This document shows, in pieces, positions 45,210 to 57,659 of a stretch of DNA of 64,000 bases (position 1 is its first letter; each line of letters opens with the position of its first letter). The position numbers and the translations under genes were made by a program. The DNA comes from an uncultured Alphaproteobacteria bacterium (GTDB taxonomy: Bacteria > Pseudomonadota > Alphaproteobacteria > Rhodobacterales > Rhodobacteraceae), in the NCBI GenBank assembly GCA_963789535.1, contig CAWBKU010000002.1, positions 9,046-73,045 on the forward strand, given 5' to 3'. A model generated the notes under the pieces. That model was not told the DNA's origin, ran no database searches, and saw only the letters and a program-made list of their open reading frames with translations.

Positions 45210-47671
45210 TGCGGGTCTTGGGCCGGGCAGGCCTCTGGGCGGCGTTCGCCGTCTTCGCGCTCGTGTCCGGTGGCTGGGTCGCACCTGCCGCCGCGCAGTC
45301 GCCCGATACCGCCGCCACCGAACCAGCCCCGACCGACCTGATCGGTCCGCCCGTGCCCGGCCCCGGCGACCTCGATCCCGAGGCGGCGGGTCTGGACGCC
45401 TGGGCGTCGCTGGCCACGCGGGTCGAGGATGCGCTGATGCAGGGGGTCGCCTCCGAATTCGCGCTGCTGCGGCTGCGGGTCGCGGTGGCCGAGTGGCGTG
45501 ACAGGTTCCTGACCGAGGAGGGCGTCAACGCCGCGCGGATCGCCACGGTGACGTCGCAGATCGCGGCCCTCGGCCCGCCGCCCGAGGGGGACGCGGAAGA
45601 AGAGCCGCGCATCGCCGCCCGCCGCGCCGAACTCGATGCGCAACTGCGCAAGTTGCGCGCGCCCGTCCGCCTTGCGCAGGAGGGGTTTGCCCATGCCGAC
45701 GGTCTGGTGGGCGAACTCGACGCGGCACTCCGCGCGGCACGGCAGGCGACGCTGGCGGTGCGCGGCGTCTCGCCGCTCGATCCCGGCATCTGGTCCGAGG
45801 CGCTGTCGGCCCTCACCACGCGTGCGACGATGCTGATGGTCGAGGTCCGCACGACGTTCGGCAGTGCCGCGCGGCGCGAGACCTTCGCCCGCAACCTGCC
45901 GACCTTCGCGTTCCTCGGTCTGCTGGCCACGGTGCTGGCGCTCTGGGGCCAGCGGGGCACGGCGGCGCTTGCGGGTCTGTTCGCGCAGGATTCGGCACGC
46001 GGCACGGTGGGCGCGCGCATCTTTGGGGCGCTCTGTCAGGTGGCGGTCCCGCTCTTTGCCCTCCTCGCGGTCTGGGGTGCGCTCGATCAGTCGGGGCTCT
46101 TCGGGTTCCGGGTGACGCGCCTGATCGACGTCCTGCCATCTGCGGGCACCACGGTGATCGTCGCCCACTGGCTCGCCGCCCAGTTCTTTGCGCCCGAGCG
46201 CGCCGAGCGGTCCTCGCTCGACATCACACCCGAACGGCGGTCCGGGATCCGGCGCCTGCTCGGCTGGCTGGGGTGGCTGCTGGCGACCTCGATCCTTCTC
46301 GACGCGGCGATCGGTGGCGGCGACCTGCCGCAGGCGGCAACGGTCGTGGCCTATCTGCCGCTGGAACTGGCGCTGGCCTATGTCCTCTTCCGGCTCGGCC
46401 TTCAGTTCATGCGCATGCGCGCCAAGGGTACGGACGACGCGCCGGGGCGGCGCGGCGCGGTTCTGCCGCTCTTTGGACGGCTTCTGGTGATCATCGCCAT
46501 CCTCGGCCCGGCGCTCGCCGCCCTCGGCTACAGCCGCGCCGCCGACGCGCTGATCGAACCGGCGGTGATGACGCTGGCGCTGATGGGCGTGGTGATCGTG
46601 CTGCAACGGCTCGTCTTCGACATCTATACGCTGTTCTGGGGTGGCACCGGGCGGGGCGAGGATGCGCTGGCGCCGGTGCTGATCGGCTTTGTGCTCATCG
46701 TCGTGGCGGTGCCGGTGCTGGCGCTCATCTGGGGCGTGCGCGTCGAGGAGCTGACCGAGATCTGGCAGCGGTTCCGCGAGGGGTATTCGCTCGGCGAGAG
46801 CCGGATCCGTCCGACCGATTTCATCACCTTCGCACTCGTCTTCGCCGTGGGCTATGCCGTCACCCGGCTGGTGCAGAGCACGCTGCGGTCCTCGATCCTG
46901 CCGCGTACCCGCCTCGACGTCGGCGCGCGGACGGCGCTGGTCGCGGGCCTCGGCTATGTCGGCATCTTTGCCGCGGCATTGGCCGCGATCACCAGTGCGG
47001 GCATCGACCTGTCGGCATTCGCCATCGTCGCGGGGGCGCTGTCGGTCGGCATCGGCTTCGGCCTCCAGAACATCGTGTCGAACTTCATCTCTGGGATCAT
47101 CCTGCTGATCGAGCGGCCGATTTCCGAAGGCGACTGGATCGAGGTCGGCGGGCAGATGGGATACGTGCGCGCGATCTCGGTCCGCTCGACCCTGATCGAG
47201 ACCTTCGACCGCACCGATGTGATCGTGCCGAACGCCGACCTCATTTCGGGAACGGTGACGAACTGGACGCGCAACAATTCGGTGGGCCGGGTCAAGGTGC
47301 CGGTCGGCGTCGCCTATGGCACCGACACCGCCCGCGTCGACGCCATCCTGCGCGAGGTGGCCGAGGCCAATCCGATGGTCCTGCTGCATCCGCCACCCAA
47401 CGTCTTCTTTCTGGGGTTCGGCGCGGATTCCATGGATTTCGAGATCCGGGCGATCCTGCGCGACATCAATTTCCAGATGGTCGTGACCTCCGAGATGAAC
47501 CACGCCATCGCCGCCCGGTTCGCCGAAGAGGGAATCGAGATCCCGTTCGCGCAGCGTGACATCTGGTTGCGCAACCCCGAGGCACTGCGGCCGCAGGGGT
47601 CCGATCGGGGCGTGCCGATGCCCGCGGCGGATGACAATGACGTTCATCCGGGCCCGGGCAGGGCGGATTAG
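45209..47671 (+). CDS. mechanosensitive ion channel family protein (MscK/KefA-like, large periplasmic N-terminal domain)
   Basis: ATG 45209 overlaps the cysK stop. Has a signal peptide, a coiled-coil periplasmic domain and multiple TM helices. The C-terminal MscS core is GFGLQNIVSNFISG..LL.ERP...GDWI. Confidence 0.88.
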   Translation: MRVLGRAGLWAAFAVFALVSGGWVAPAAAQSPDTAATEPAPTDLIGPPVPGPGDLDPEAAGLDAWASLATRVEDALMQGVASEFALLRLRVAVAEWRDRFLTEEGVNAARIATVTSQIAALGPPPEGDAEEEPRIAARRAELDAQLRKLRAPVRLAQEGFAHADGLVGELDAALRAARQATLAVRGVSPLDPGIWSEALSALTTRATMLMVEVRTTFGSAARRETFARNLPTFAFLGLLATVLALWGQRGTAALAGLFAQDSARGTVGARIFGALCQVAVPLFALLAVWGALDQSGLFGFRVTRLIDVLPSAGTTVIVAHWLAAQFFAPERAERSSLDITPERRSGIRRLLGWLGWLLATSILLDAAIGGGDLPQAATVVAYLPLELALAYVLFRLGLQFMRMRAKGTDDAPGRRGAVLPLFGRLLVIIAILGPALAALGYSRAADALIEPAVMTLALMGVVIVLQRLVFDIYTLFWGGTGRGEDALAPVLIGFVLIVVAVPVLALIWGVRVEELTEIWQRFREGYSLGESRIRPTDFITFALVFAVGYAVTRLVQSTLRSSILPRTRLDVGARTALVAGLGYVGIFAAALAAITSAGIDLSAFAIVAGALSVGIGFGLQNIVSNFISGIILLIERPISEGDWIEVGGQMGYVRAISVRSTLIETFDRTDVIVPNADLISGTVTNWTRNNSVGRVKVPVGVAYGTDTARVDAILREVAEANPMVLLHPPPNVFFLGFGADSMDFEIRAILRDINFQMVVTSEMNHAIAARFAEEGIEIPFAQRDIWLRNPEALRPQGSDRGVPMPAADDNDVHPGPGRAD

Positions 47672-47744
47672 GGTTTCCCCCCGTTGATCTGGTCGCATGT
47701 CGACTGCTAGCGTTCGGTATTCACCCCAGACCGGGAACCCCGAC

Positions 47745-48380
47745 ATGCGACCTTTCCTGATTGCAACCGCCCTCTTCCTGTCCTCGCTCATGCTCTCGGC
47801 GAAAGGCGCCGCGGCGCAGAGCTTTGCCCGCTGTGCCGGATATCAGTCGGCCACCGTGCAGCAAATCCTGCCGCGCGCGGTCGACCTTGCCAACCGCGCC
47901 GCCGCCGCCGTCGCCGACGACGCCAACTTCGCGGTCTGGTTCGGGGTCTATTCCAGAGCCAAGGCCGACATCGTGCGCGCCAACCTCAAGGCGGTGCACA
48001 AGGTGCTGGCGACCGGCGACCTGCGGTTCTATTGCGGCAGTCCGAACGAGCCGACCTGCAAGGACAACACCTACGCCTACGTCTATTCGACCGAACCCTA
48101 TGCCATCACCCTCTGCCCGAGTTTCTTTTCGATGCCGATGCTGCCCGGCGGTTCGCCCATCGACGCGGTCTACGAGGATGGCACGATGGAAGGCACGCTG
48201 ATCCACGAGATCAGCCATTTCGAGATCGTGGCAAACACCGACGACAACTGCTACTCCCGGCCGGTCTGTCAGGACATGGCGATCAGCGACCCGGCACAGG
48301 TTCTGGTCAACGCCGACAGCTATCAGTATTTCTCCGAAGACGTGATGTTCGCGATAAACGCCGCCGAGGCCCAGCCCTAG
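47745..48380 (+). CDS. secreted M35/aspzincin-like metalloendopeptidase (peptidyl-Lys type)
   Basis: Has a signal peptide. HEISH zinc motif is followed by TDD..Y and NADSY.YF, as in the HExxH + GTxDxxYG family. Confidence 0.7.
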   Translation: MRPFLIATALFLSSLMLSAKGAAAQSFARCAGYQSATVQQILPRAVDLANRAAAAVADDANFAVWFGVYSRAKADIVRANLKAVHKVLATGDLRFYCGSPNEPTCKDNTYAYVYSTEPYAITLCPSFFSMPMLPGGSPIDAVYEDGTMEGTLIHEISHFEIVANTDDNCYSRPVCQDMAISDPAQVLVNADSYQYFSEDVMFAINAAEAQP

Positions 48381-48402
48381 GTCAAGGCGGCGGGCGCGCG
48401 CG

Positions 48403-49494
48403 CTATTCGGCGGCGTCGCGGTAGTCGGTCGCTTCATTCACCGGCGTCTCCGGTTCGGGCAGGCCCTCGCGCGACAGCAGGATCGCGACGGGGCGCAGGG
48501 CCGGGATCTCGGAGCAGACGATCATGCCCGCGACCATGATCGGCACCGACAGGAACATCCCCGGAATCCCCCAGACCGCGCCCCAGAACGCCAGGCTGAT
48601 GATGATCCCGAACGACGACAGCCGCAGTGCCCGGCCCATGAGCCACGGGTCGATGACGTTGCCGTTAAGGAACTGGATCGCGCCGACGGCGGCAAAGATG
48701 CCGAACGTCGCGCCAGGATCGCCCAGTTGCACGTGGGTGACGAGGGCCACGAGGAACGTCACCACGATCGAGCCGATGTTGGGGATGTAGTTCAGGATGA
48801 AGGTGATGACCCCCAGCGCCACCGCCAGCTCGAGGCCGAACGCCAGCGCCACCGCCCAGACCATCACCCCCGTCGCGAGGCTCACCAGCGTCTTGACTGC
48901 CAGATAGCGGTTCACCCGGCGGATGATCGAGGCCACGATCTTGCCCACGCGGTCGGCCTGTGCCGCGTCGCCCACGAAACTCTCGAGCTTGGTCGAGAAC
49001 CAGACCCGTTCGGCAAAGAGGAATCCGACGAAGAGGATGACGAGGACGGTCGCCTGCAACAGGTTGCCCGCCTGGCCCGCGACCGCCCGGACATAGCCCG
49101 AGATGTCGATCGTCGAGAGCGAGTTGAACACCGCCCGTTCGGCGTCGTCGCCCAGGAACCCGAAGAGTTCGCCCACCGCCGCCGGCACCCGCTCGGAATA
49201 GCTCAGCGTGGTGACGAGCACGGTATTGATCTGCGCCAGCACGATCGAGGTGAGCGCCAGCAGCGCCAGCGAGATCCACGCCACCGCGACGAGGGTCGCG
49301 AGCCAGTTCGGGATGCCGATGCGCCCGATCCGCAGCCGCGCGAGAAAGCTGATCGCGTCCGAGGTGAGCGAGAAGAGCACGATCGCGGTGGCCAGCGAGA
49401 TCAGCAGGAACCGTGCCTGCACCAGCAGGAACAGCACCACCGCGAACGAGATGATGATGAGCGAGATCGCCTGGATACGGCCCGGATCCTGCAT
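48403..49494 (-). CDS. AI-2E family transporter (PerM-like); start uncertain (49494 or 49557)
   Basis: Eight predicted TM helices. Contains the NYIPNIGS and ...FWG..WG..G..L..P signature. Confidence 0.85.
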   Translation of the reverse strand: MQDPGRIQAISLIIISFAVVLFLLVQARFLLISLATAIVLFSLTSDAISFLARLRIGRIGIPNWLATLVAVAWISLALLALTSIVLAQINTVLVTTLSYSERVPAAVGELFGFLGDDAERAVFNSLSTIDISGYVRAVAGQAGNLLQATVLVILFVGFLFAERVWFSTKLESFVGDAAQADRVGKIVASIIRRVNRYLAVKTLVSLATGVMVWAVALAFGLELAVALGVITFILNYIPNIGSIVVTFLVALVTHVQLGDPGATFGIFAAVGAIQFLNGNVIDPWLMGRALRLSSFGIIISLAFWGAVWGIPGMFLSVPIMVAGMIVCSEIPALRPVAILLSREGLPEPETPVNEATDYRDAAE

Positions 49495-49826
49495 CGGCGG
49501 ACGCACAAGGCCGCGACGATGCGCCCCGCCGCCCGGCGCGCGACTGACACCGGGCATCTGTGCGGGTGTCGGCGGCGGCCTTCCGGGGCCGTGAGACGTG
49601 GGGCCTGACATCGGGCCATTCTTCCTTCTGCGGTTCGCACCGTCGTCAGTCGGGACGGCGTCTCCGACGTCGCTGCGGTCCGGGCGACGGCGCGGAAACC
49701 TCCTGCGCCGGACCGCCCCCGACTATGCGATGCGCCGGGCACGCTGACAATGGCCGTCGCTCCTCCGCCCGACCCGCCCGCCGGCCCACTTGCCAACCCA
49801 ATACCTGCGCGGTAAGTGCGCCGGAC

Positions 49827-49916
49827 GGAGCGGTGGCCGAGTGGTCGAAGGCGCACGCCTGGAAAGTGTGTAGGCGGGAGACCGTCTCCAGGGTTCGAAT
49901 CCCTGTCGCTCCGCCA
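49827..49916 (+). tRNA. tRNA-Ser (GGA)
   Basis: 90 nt with acceptor GGAGCGG/TCGCTCC, anticodon loop CTGGAAA, a long variable arm, T-arm CAGGG-TTCGAAT-CCCTG, and G + CCA. Confidence 0.9.
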
Positions 49917-50087
49917 GTCCCATGACACGACGGACGGTCGGCCTCCTGCGCAAGAATGCGGAGGTTTCGGGTCCGGCGTGCCGTTCTTTCCGACCGCGCT
50001 AAGACTTCCTTAACCAATCCCGGCGAAAGCTGATCCCGTTACGATTTACCTTGATTTGTTCTCTCTTTGATCTCATATCGGAAAGAA

Positions 50088-50102
50088 GAACAAGGCAGGA
50101 AC
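50088..50102 (-). promoter_or_regulatory. LexA (SOS) box, alphaproteobacterial GTTC-N7-GTTC type, upstream of recA
   Basis: The plus strand reads GAAC-AAGGCAG-GAAC, 68-82 nt before the recA ATG. A second near-match, GTTC-TCTCTTT-GATC, is at 50058-50072. Confidence 0.6.
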
Positions 50103-50169
50103 ATCAGCGGGCGGCCGCGCAGCCGCGGATTGCCGACCCGCAGGGGTTGTGGAATAAGAGGACCGGACA

Positions 50170-51255
50170 ATGGCAGCAGCAGAAATACTGATGATGAATG
50201 ACCGCAAGTCGGCAGACAAGCAAAAGGCCCTGGACAGCGCGCTGGCGCAGATCGAGCGGCAGTTCGGCAAGGGCTCGATCATGCGGCTCGGGGGCGAGAA
50301 CAAGCTGCCCGATATCGAGGCGACCTCGACCGGCTCTCTCGGCCTCGACATCGCCCTCGGCATCGGCGGGCTGCCCAAGGGGCGGATCGTCGAGATCTAC
50401 GGCCCCGAAAGCTCGGGCAAGACGACGCTGACGCTGCATGCCATCGCCGAGGAACAGAAGAAGGGCGGGGTCTGCGCCTTCGTCGACGCCGAACACGCCT
50501 TCGATCCGGGCTATGCCAAGAAGCTCGGGGTGAACCTCGACGAATTACTGATCTCGCAGCCCGATACGGGTGAGCAGGGTCTCGAGATCGTCGATACGCT
50601 CGTGCGTTCGGGTGCTGTCAGCATGATCGTGGTCGATTCGGTCGCGGCGCTGACGCCCAAGAGCGAGCTCGAGGGCGACATGGGCGACAGCTCGGTCGGC
50701 GTGCACGCCCGCCTGATGAGCCAGGCGATGCGCAAGCTTACCGGTTCGATCAGCAAGTCCAACTGCATGGTCATCTTCATCAACCAGATCAGGATGAAGA
50801 TCGGCGTGATGTTCGGTTCTCCCGAGACGACGACGGGCGGCAATGCCCTGAAATTCTACGCCTCCGTCCGCCTCGACATCCGCCGCATCGGTGCCGTCAA
50901 GGACCGCGAGGAGGTCGTGGGCAACACCACGCGCGTGAAGGTCGTCAAGAACAAGGTGGCGCCGCCGTTCAAGCAGGTCGAGTTCGACATCATGTACGGC
51001 GAGGGTATCTCGAAGACGGGCGAGATCATCGACCTCGGCGTCAAGGCCGGGATCGTCGAGAAGTCGGGCTCGTGGTTCAGCTATGGCGACCAGCGGATCG
51101 GTCAGGGGCGCGAGAATGCCAAGACGTTCCTCAAGGAGAACCCCGGCATCTCGTGGGAGATCGAGGACAAGATCAGGGCCGCCAACGGCCTCGAGTTCGA
51201 CATCGCACCGGGTGAGCGGGACGAGGACGACACCGCCGAGATGATCGACGGCTGA
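50170..51255 (+). CDS. recA: recombinase RecA
   Basis: Contains [20 protein letters not shown], the Walker [10 protein letters not shown], and the FINQIR L2 region. AGAGGA lies 7 nt upstream. Confidence 0.97.
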   Translation: MAAAEILMMNDRKSADKQKALDSALAQIERQFGKGSIMRLGGENKLPDIEATSTGSLGLDIALGIGGLPKGRIVEIYGPESSGKTTLTLHAIAEEQKKGGVCAFVDAEHAFDPGYAKKLGVNLDELLISQPDTGEQGLEIVDTLVRSGAVSMIVVDSVAALTPKSELEGDMGDSSVGVHARLMSQAMRKLTGSISKSNCMVIFINQIRMKIGVMFGSPETTTGGNALKFYASVRLDIRRIGAVKDREEVVGNTTRVKVVKNKVAPPFKQVEFDIMYGEGISKTGEIIDLGVKAGIVEKSGSWFSYGDQRIGQGRENAKTFLKENPGISWEIEDKIRAANGLEFDIAPGERDEDDTAEMIDG

Positions 51256-51279
51256 GACCCCTCGCGGTCACGTTTATAA

Positions 51280-51307
51280 GGGGCGTCGGGCAACCGGCGC
51301 CCCGTTT
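51280..51307 (+). terminator. rho-independent-like terminator after recA
   Basis: ggggcg-(12-nt loop)-cgcccc followed by gtttg. Confidence 0.5.
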
Positions 51308-51382
51308 GCATCTGCGGCAATGGACAAGGCCCCGCTGCGGCGGCTACACCCTGCGGACCCGCCTCTGACCCCGGAATTTGCC

Positions 51383-54016
51383 ATGACCAGCCTCGCCGAT
51401 ATCCGTTCCACCTTCCTCGGGTTCTTCGAGCGTCATGGCCACGCGCGCGTGGACTCCTCGCCGCTGGTGCCGCGCAACGATCCGACGCTGATGTTCACCA
51501 ATTCGGGCATGGTGCAGTTCAAGAACCTGTTCACCGGCGCCGAACACCGCGACTACGTGCGTGCGACGACCAGCCAGAAGTGCGTGCGCGCGGGCGGCAA
51601 GCACAACGACCTCGACAACGTCGGCATGACGGCGCGGCATCTGACGTTCTTCGAGATGCTCGGCAACTTCTCGTTCGGCGACTATTTCAAGGAACAGGCG
51701 ATCGCCTTTGCCTGGGAACTGCTGACCCGCGATTTCGACATCGACCCCGGCCGCCTGACGGTCACGGTCTATCACACCGACGACGCGGCGGCGGACCTGT
51801 GGCGGCGGATCGCGGGCCTGCCCGATCAGCGGATCATCCGCATCGCCAGCGACGACAACTTCTGGCGCATGGGCCCGACCGGGCCCTGCGGTCCCAGCAC
51901 CGAGATCTTCTTCGATCACGGCGATCATATCCCCGGCGGCCCCCCGGGCAGCGCGGACGAGAACGGCGACCGGTTCATCGAGATCTGGAACAACGTCTTC
52001 ATGCAGAACGAGCAGTTCGAGGACGGCACGATGCGCCCCCTCGAGATGCAGTCGATCGACACCGGCATGGGCCTCGAGCGGTTCGCGTCGATCCTTCAGG
52101 GCACCAACAACGTCTTCGAGACCGACCTGATGCGCGCCCTCGTCGAGGCCTCGGCACATGCGACCTCGACCGACGTGGGCCCCGACCATATCGTCCACCA
52201 CCGCGTCATTGCCGACCATCTGCGCTCGACGTCGTTCCTCATCGCCGAGGGCGTCCTGCCGTCGAACGAGGGGCGCGGCTATGTCCTGCGCCGGATCATG
52301 CGCCGCGCGATGCGGCATGCGCATCTGCTGGGTGCCGCGGATCCGGTGATGCACCGCCTGGTGCCTGCGCTGGTGCGGCAGATGGGCGACGCATACCCGG
52401 AGTTGCGGCAGGGTCAGGCAGTGATCGAAGAGACGCTGCGCGCCGAGGAGACCCGGTTCAGGACGACGCTCGATCGTGGGCTGAAACTCCTCGACGAGGC
52501 GATCGGCGGGATCGCCGAGGATGCAGACCTGCCGGGCGAGACGGCCTTCAAGCTCTACGATACCTACGGCTTCCCCCTCGACCTCACGCAGGACGCCCTG
52601 CGCGATAGGGGGCGCGGCGTGGATACGGCCGGGTTCGATGCGGCGATGGCCGCGCAAAAGGCGCAGGCACGCGCGGCATGGTCCGGGACGGGGGCGGCGG
52701 CGGACGATGCGCTGTGGCTCGATCTGGCGGACCGGCATGGCGCGACCGAGTTCCTCGGCTACGAGACGGAACGCGCCGAGGGTCAGATCCTGTCGGTGAC
52801 GGGTGAGGGCGACACGGTGCAGGTGGTCCTGAACCAGACGCCGTTCTATGCCGAGGCGGGTGGTCAGGTCGGTGACACCGGGACGCTGACGACCGAGACG
52901 GGCACCGTCGAGATCACCGACACCCGCAAGATCGCGGGTCTGTTCGTTCACATTGGAAAAATCAAAAAAGGAAGTGTTGCCAGGGGACAAGGCGCCGTCC
53001 TTGAAGTGGATCATGCGCGGCGTTCGATGATCCGGGCGACCCATTCGGGCACCCACCTGCTGCACGAGGCGCTGCGGTGTGCCCTTGGCGATCACGTCGC
53101 ACAGCGCGGCTCGCTCAACGCGCCGGACCGGTTGCGCTTCGACTTCAGTCATGGTGCGGCCCTGACGCTCGAGGAGATTGCGCGTATCGAAGCAGAGGTG
53201 AACGCCCTCATCCGTCAGAACACGCCGGTCAGCACGCGCATCATGACGCCGGACGACGCCCGCGCCATCGGCGCACAGGCGCTGTTCGGCGAGAAGTACG
53301 GCGACGAGGTGCGGGTGGTGTCGATGGGCCGCCGCGACGGCTCGGGCAAGGGTACGGACGGCGTGACGTACAGTCTGGAACTCTGCGGCGGCACGCATGT
53401 GGTCCGGACCGGCGACATCGGCGCCTTCGTGCTGCTGGGCGACAGCGCATCGAGTGCTGGCGTGCGCCGGATCGAGGCGCTGACCGGGCAGGCAGCACTC
53501 GACTATCTGCGGGCGCAGGATCACCGTCTGGCGGAGGTTGCGCTGGCGTTGAAGGCGCCGGCGGCAGAGGCGGCCACCCGGGTCCGGGGCCTCGTGGCCG
53601 AGCGCAGGGCCCTGACGGCAGAGGTCGCCGAGTTGAAGCGCAGGCTGGCCGTCGCGGGACCGGGCGCGGCAGAGGAAACACGCGATATCAATGGGATGAA
53701 GTTCAAGGCCCAGGTTCTATCGGGCGTAACGGGCAAGGATTTGCCCGGGATGGTCGACGCCTTCAAGGCAGAGATCGGGTCGGGCGCGGTGCTGCTCATC
53801 GCGGATGCCGACGGCAAGGCGGCGGTGGCGGCAGGCGTCACCGCGGATCTTGCCGCGCGACTTTCCGCGGTCGATCTGCTGCGCGCGGCTGTCACGGCCC
53901 TTGGCGGCAAGGGCGGCGGTGGCAGGCCGGAACTGGCGCAGGGTGGTGCTGCCTCGGCCGAGAAGGCGGACGACGCCATCGCGGCGGCCATCGCCGTGAT
54001 GGAGGGCACGCAATGA
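51383..54016 (+). CDS. alaS: alanine--tRNA ligase
   Basis: 877 aa from MTSLADIR. Contains [20 protein letters not shown], the editing-domain H..HLLH, and a C-terminal GGKGGG DHHA1 region. Confidence 0.96.
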   Translation: MTSLADIRSTFLGFFERHGHARVDSSPLVPRNDPTLMFTNSGMVQFKNLFTGAEHRDYVRATTSQKCVRAGGKHNDLDNVGMTARHLTFFEMLGNFSFGDYFKEQAIAFAWELLTRDFDIDPGRLTVTVYHTDDAAADLWRRIAGLPDQRIIRIASDDNFWRMGPTGPCGPSTEIFFDHGDHIPGGPPGSADENGDRFIEIWNNVFMQNEQFEDGTMRPLEMQSIDTGMGLERFASILQGTNNVFETDLMRALVEASAHATSTDVGPDHIVHHRVIADHLRSTSFLIAEGVLPSNEGRGYVLRRIMRRAMRHAHLLGAADPVMHRLVPALVRQMGDAYPELRQGQAVIEETLRAEETRFRTTLDRGLKLLDEAIGGIAEDADLPGETAFKLYDTYGFPLDLTQDALRDRGRGVDTAGFDAAMAAQKAQARAAWSGTGAAADDALWLDLADRHGATEFLGYETERAEGQILSVTGEGDTVQVVLNQTPFYAEAGGQVGDTGTLTTETGTVEITDTRKIAGLFVHIGKIKKGSVARGQGAVLEVDHARRSMIRATHSGTHLLHEALRCALGDHVAQRGSLNAPDRLRFDFSHGAALTLEEIARIEAEVNALIRQNTPVSTRIMTPDDARAIGAQALFGEKYGDEVRVVSMGRRDGSGKGTDGVTYSLELCGGTHVVRTGDIGAFVLLGDSASSAGVRRIEALTGQAALDYLRAQDHRLAEVALALKAPAAEAATRVRGLVAERRALTAEVAELKRRLAVAGPGAAEETRDINGMKFKAQVLSGVTGKDLPGMVDAFKAEIGSGAVLLIADADGKAAVAAGVTADLAARLSAVDLLRAAVTALGGKGGGGRPELAQGGAASAEKADDAIAAAIAVMEGTQ

Positions 54017-54300
54017 CCGCCCTCTGGATCGCCCATGTCGCCGTGACCGACGCCGACCGATATGCCGAATACGCGCGTCGCGCGACGGATGCCATCGCGG
54101 CACATGGTGGCGTGTTTCTGGCGCGCGGCGGCACCTATGAACAGCTCGAGGGGCCTGACCGTCCGCGCAACGTCGTGGCGCGGTTCCCGAGCCTTGCCGC
54201 GGCGCATGAGTGCTATTTTTCGGCGGCCTATCAGGAGGCGCTGTCTTTTGCCAAGGGCGCCGCCGACCGGGAACTGGTCCTCGTCGAAGAGGTGCCATGA
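54013..54300 (+). CDS. DUF1330 domain protein
   Basis: 95 aa, [12 protein letters not shown]...Y.EY.......I...GG.FLARGG. Its ATG overlaps the alaS stop (ATGA). Confidence 0.8.
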   Translation: MTALWIAHVAVTDADRYAEYARRATDAIAAHGGVFLARGGTYEQLEGPDRPRNVVARFPSLAAAHECYFSAAYQEALSFAKGAADRELVLVEEVP

Positions 54301-54764
54301 GCGAGATCGCCCGCCTTCTGGCGACGCATGCCGGGCCGGGGCGGATCGACTGGATCGGGCTGCGGCCCGCCCGCCTCGGGCCGATGCAAGTGGTCGAAAG
54401 GGCCGACCTGCGTCTCACCGGCCTCGTCGGGGACCGGGGGCGCAGGGGCAAGCGGGCGGTGACGCTCATCCAGGCCGAACATCTGCCGGTGATCGCGGCG
54501 CTGGCGCATGTCGGCGCCATCGTCCCCGAAACCCTCCGGCGCAATATCGTCGTCTCGGGCATCAACCTGACGGCGCTGCACAATCATCCGGTGCGGATCG
54601 GCACGGCACTGCTGCGGTTCACCACGATCTGCGCGCCGTGCAGCCGGATGGAGGCCGCCCTCGGAACCGGCGGCTACAACGCGATGCGCGGCCACGGCGG
54701 CTGGTGCGCCGAGGTGCTGGAGGAGGGCGAGATCGCCGTGGGGGATGCGGTCGTGCGCGGCTAG
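54297..54764 (+). CDS. MOSC domain protein
   Basis: 155 aa with R.N.VVSGINL....H..RIG.A.L.FT..C.PC.RM. Its ATG overlaps the upstream stop. Confidence 0.8.
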   Translation: MSEIARLLATHAGPGRIDWIGLRPARLGPMQVVERADLRLTGLVGDRGRRGKRAVTLIQAEHLPVIAALAHVGAIVPETLRRNIVVSGINLTALHNHPVRIGTALLRFTTICAPCSRMEAALGTGGYNAMRGHGGWCAEVLEEGEIAVGDAVVRG

Positions 54765-54765
54765 G

Positions 54766-54813
54766 GTCGATTTCTTTCAAAGAAATCGACGTCGAAATCT
54801 ATGATAGATTTCG
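54766..54813. repeat. double stem-loop intergenic element, copy C (between convergent MOSC and typA genes)
   Basis: Consists of gtcgatttcttt-c-aaagaaatcgac, then gt, then cgaaatct-atgat-agatttcg. Confidence 0.65.
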
Positions 54814-54819
54814 TCTTCA

Positions 54820-56637
<1,818 letters not shown>

Positions 56638-56838
56638 GGCGGGCCTCGATGGTTTCGCTGCGCCCTTACCCCGCAGCACCGCGGAAGGCCAGTGCCAAAG
56701 CTGCGCTGCGGCAGCGCCGGGCCGGGATGCAACAGAACCCTTGCCGATCGTCCCGGGCGCTTGATCGCGCGGCGGTTTGGCGCGACAGTGACGGCACACC
56801 CGCCCGATCACGAGGCGGGACCAAAGGCAGAGGCAGGT

Positions 56839-57657
56839 ATGGACGGCAGCATCCCCCCGGTGATCGGGGCGTCTTTCGAGGGCGCCCAGGCGCTCGAGCG
56901 CAAGATCGACCAGCTCATGAAACTCATGGGCGAGAACGTGACGCTCCAGCGGATCGCGGAACTGGAGGCGGGCAATATCTGCCGGTTCGGGCACCACGGG
57001 CGCGAGGTCGCCCTGACGCTGCCCGATGCGCAGCGCGACTATCTCCAGCGCACGGTCCTGAACCACCGGACGTTCTACGAGACGCGGCAACTTGGCCTGC
57101 TCTACGACAAGGGGATCGTGACGCCGGGTACGACGGTCTGCGACGTCGGTGCCAATTTCGGCAACCATACGGTCTACTTCGGTGCCATCCTGCGCGCGGG
57201 CCGGGTCATCGCGTTCGAGCCGCAGGACTATTCGTTCAAGGCGCTGCGGCAGAACATGGCGCTCAATGGCATCGACACGGGCCGCGCCGTCAATGCGATG
57301 GTCGGGCCGGTGGCGGGACACGGGCGGCTGATCTCGTTCAACCCGTCGAACCTCGGCGCGACGAGCTACAAATCCGACCCCAATGGCGAGGTGCCGATGG
57401 TCTGCCTCGACGAGGCGCTGTCGGCGGAAGAGCAGGCGCGGCTGTCGCTGTTGAAGATCGACGTGGAGGGGATGGAAAAGGATGTGCTCTGGGGGGCGAC
57501 CGAACTCTTGGGCCGCTACCGCCCGGCGATCTGGGTCGGCACGGTGCCGCGCAGCGGTGCCCTGGCGCTGATGAAAGAGTTTCTGGCGCCCTTCGGCTAT
57601 ATCTCCGAGGCGCTGTCGCCGAACGACCATCTGTTCACCGCGCAGCCCAAGTCCTGA
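56839..57657 (+). CDS. FkbM family methyltransferase
   Basis: 272 aa. Contains CDVGAN.G.HT.YF (SAM site), AFEP and LLKIDVEG.E..VL.G. Confidence 0.8.
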   Translation: MDGSIPPVIGASFEGAQALERKIDQLMKLMGENVTLQRIAELEAGNICRFGHHGREVALTLPDAQRDYLQRTVLNHRTFYETRQLGLLYDKGIVTPGTTVCDVGANFGNHTVYFGAILRAGRVIAFEPQDYSFKALRQNMALNGIDTGRAVNAMVGPVAGHGRLISFNPSNLGATSYKSDPNGEVPMVCLDEALSAEEQARLSLLKIDVEGMEKDVLWGATELLGRYRPAIWVGTVPRSGALALMKEFLAPFGYISEALSPNDHLFTAQPKS

Positions 57658-57659
57658 GG

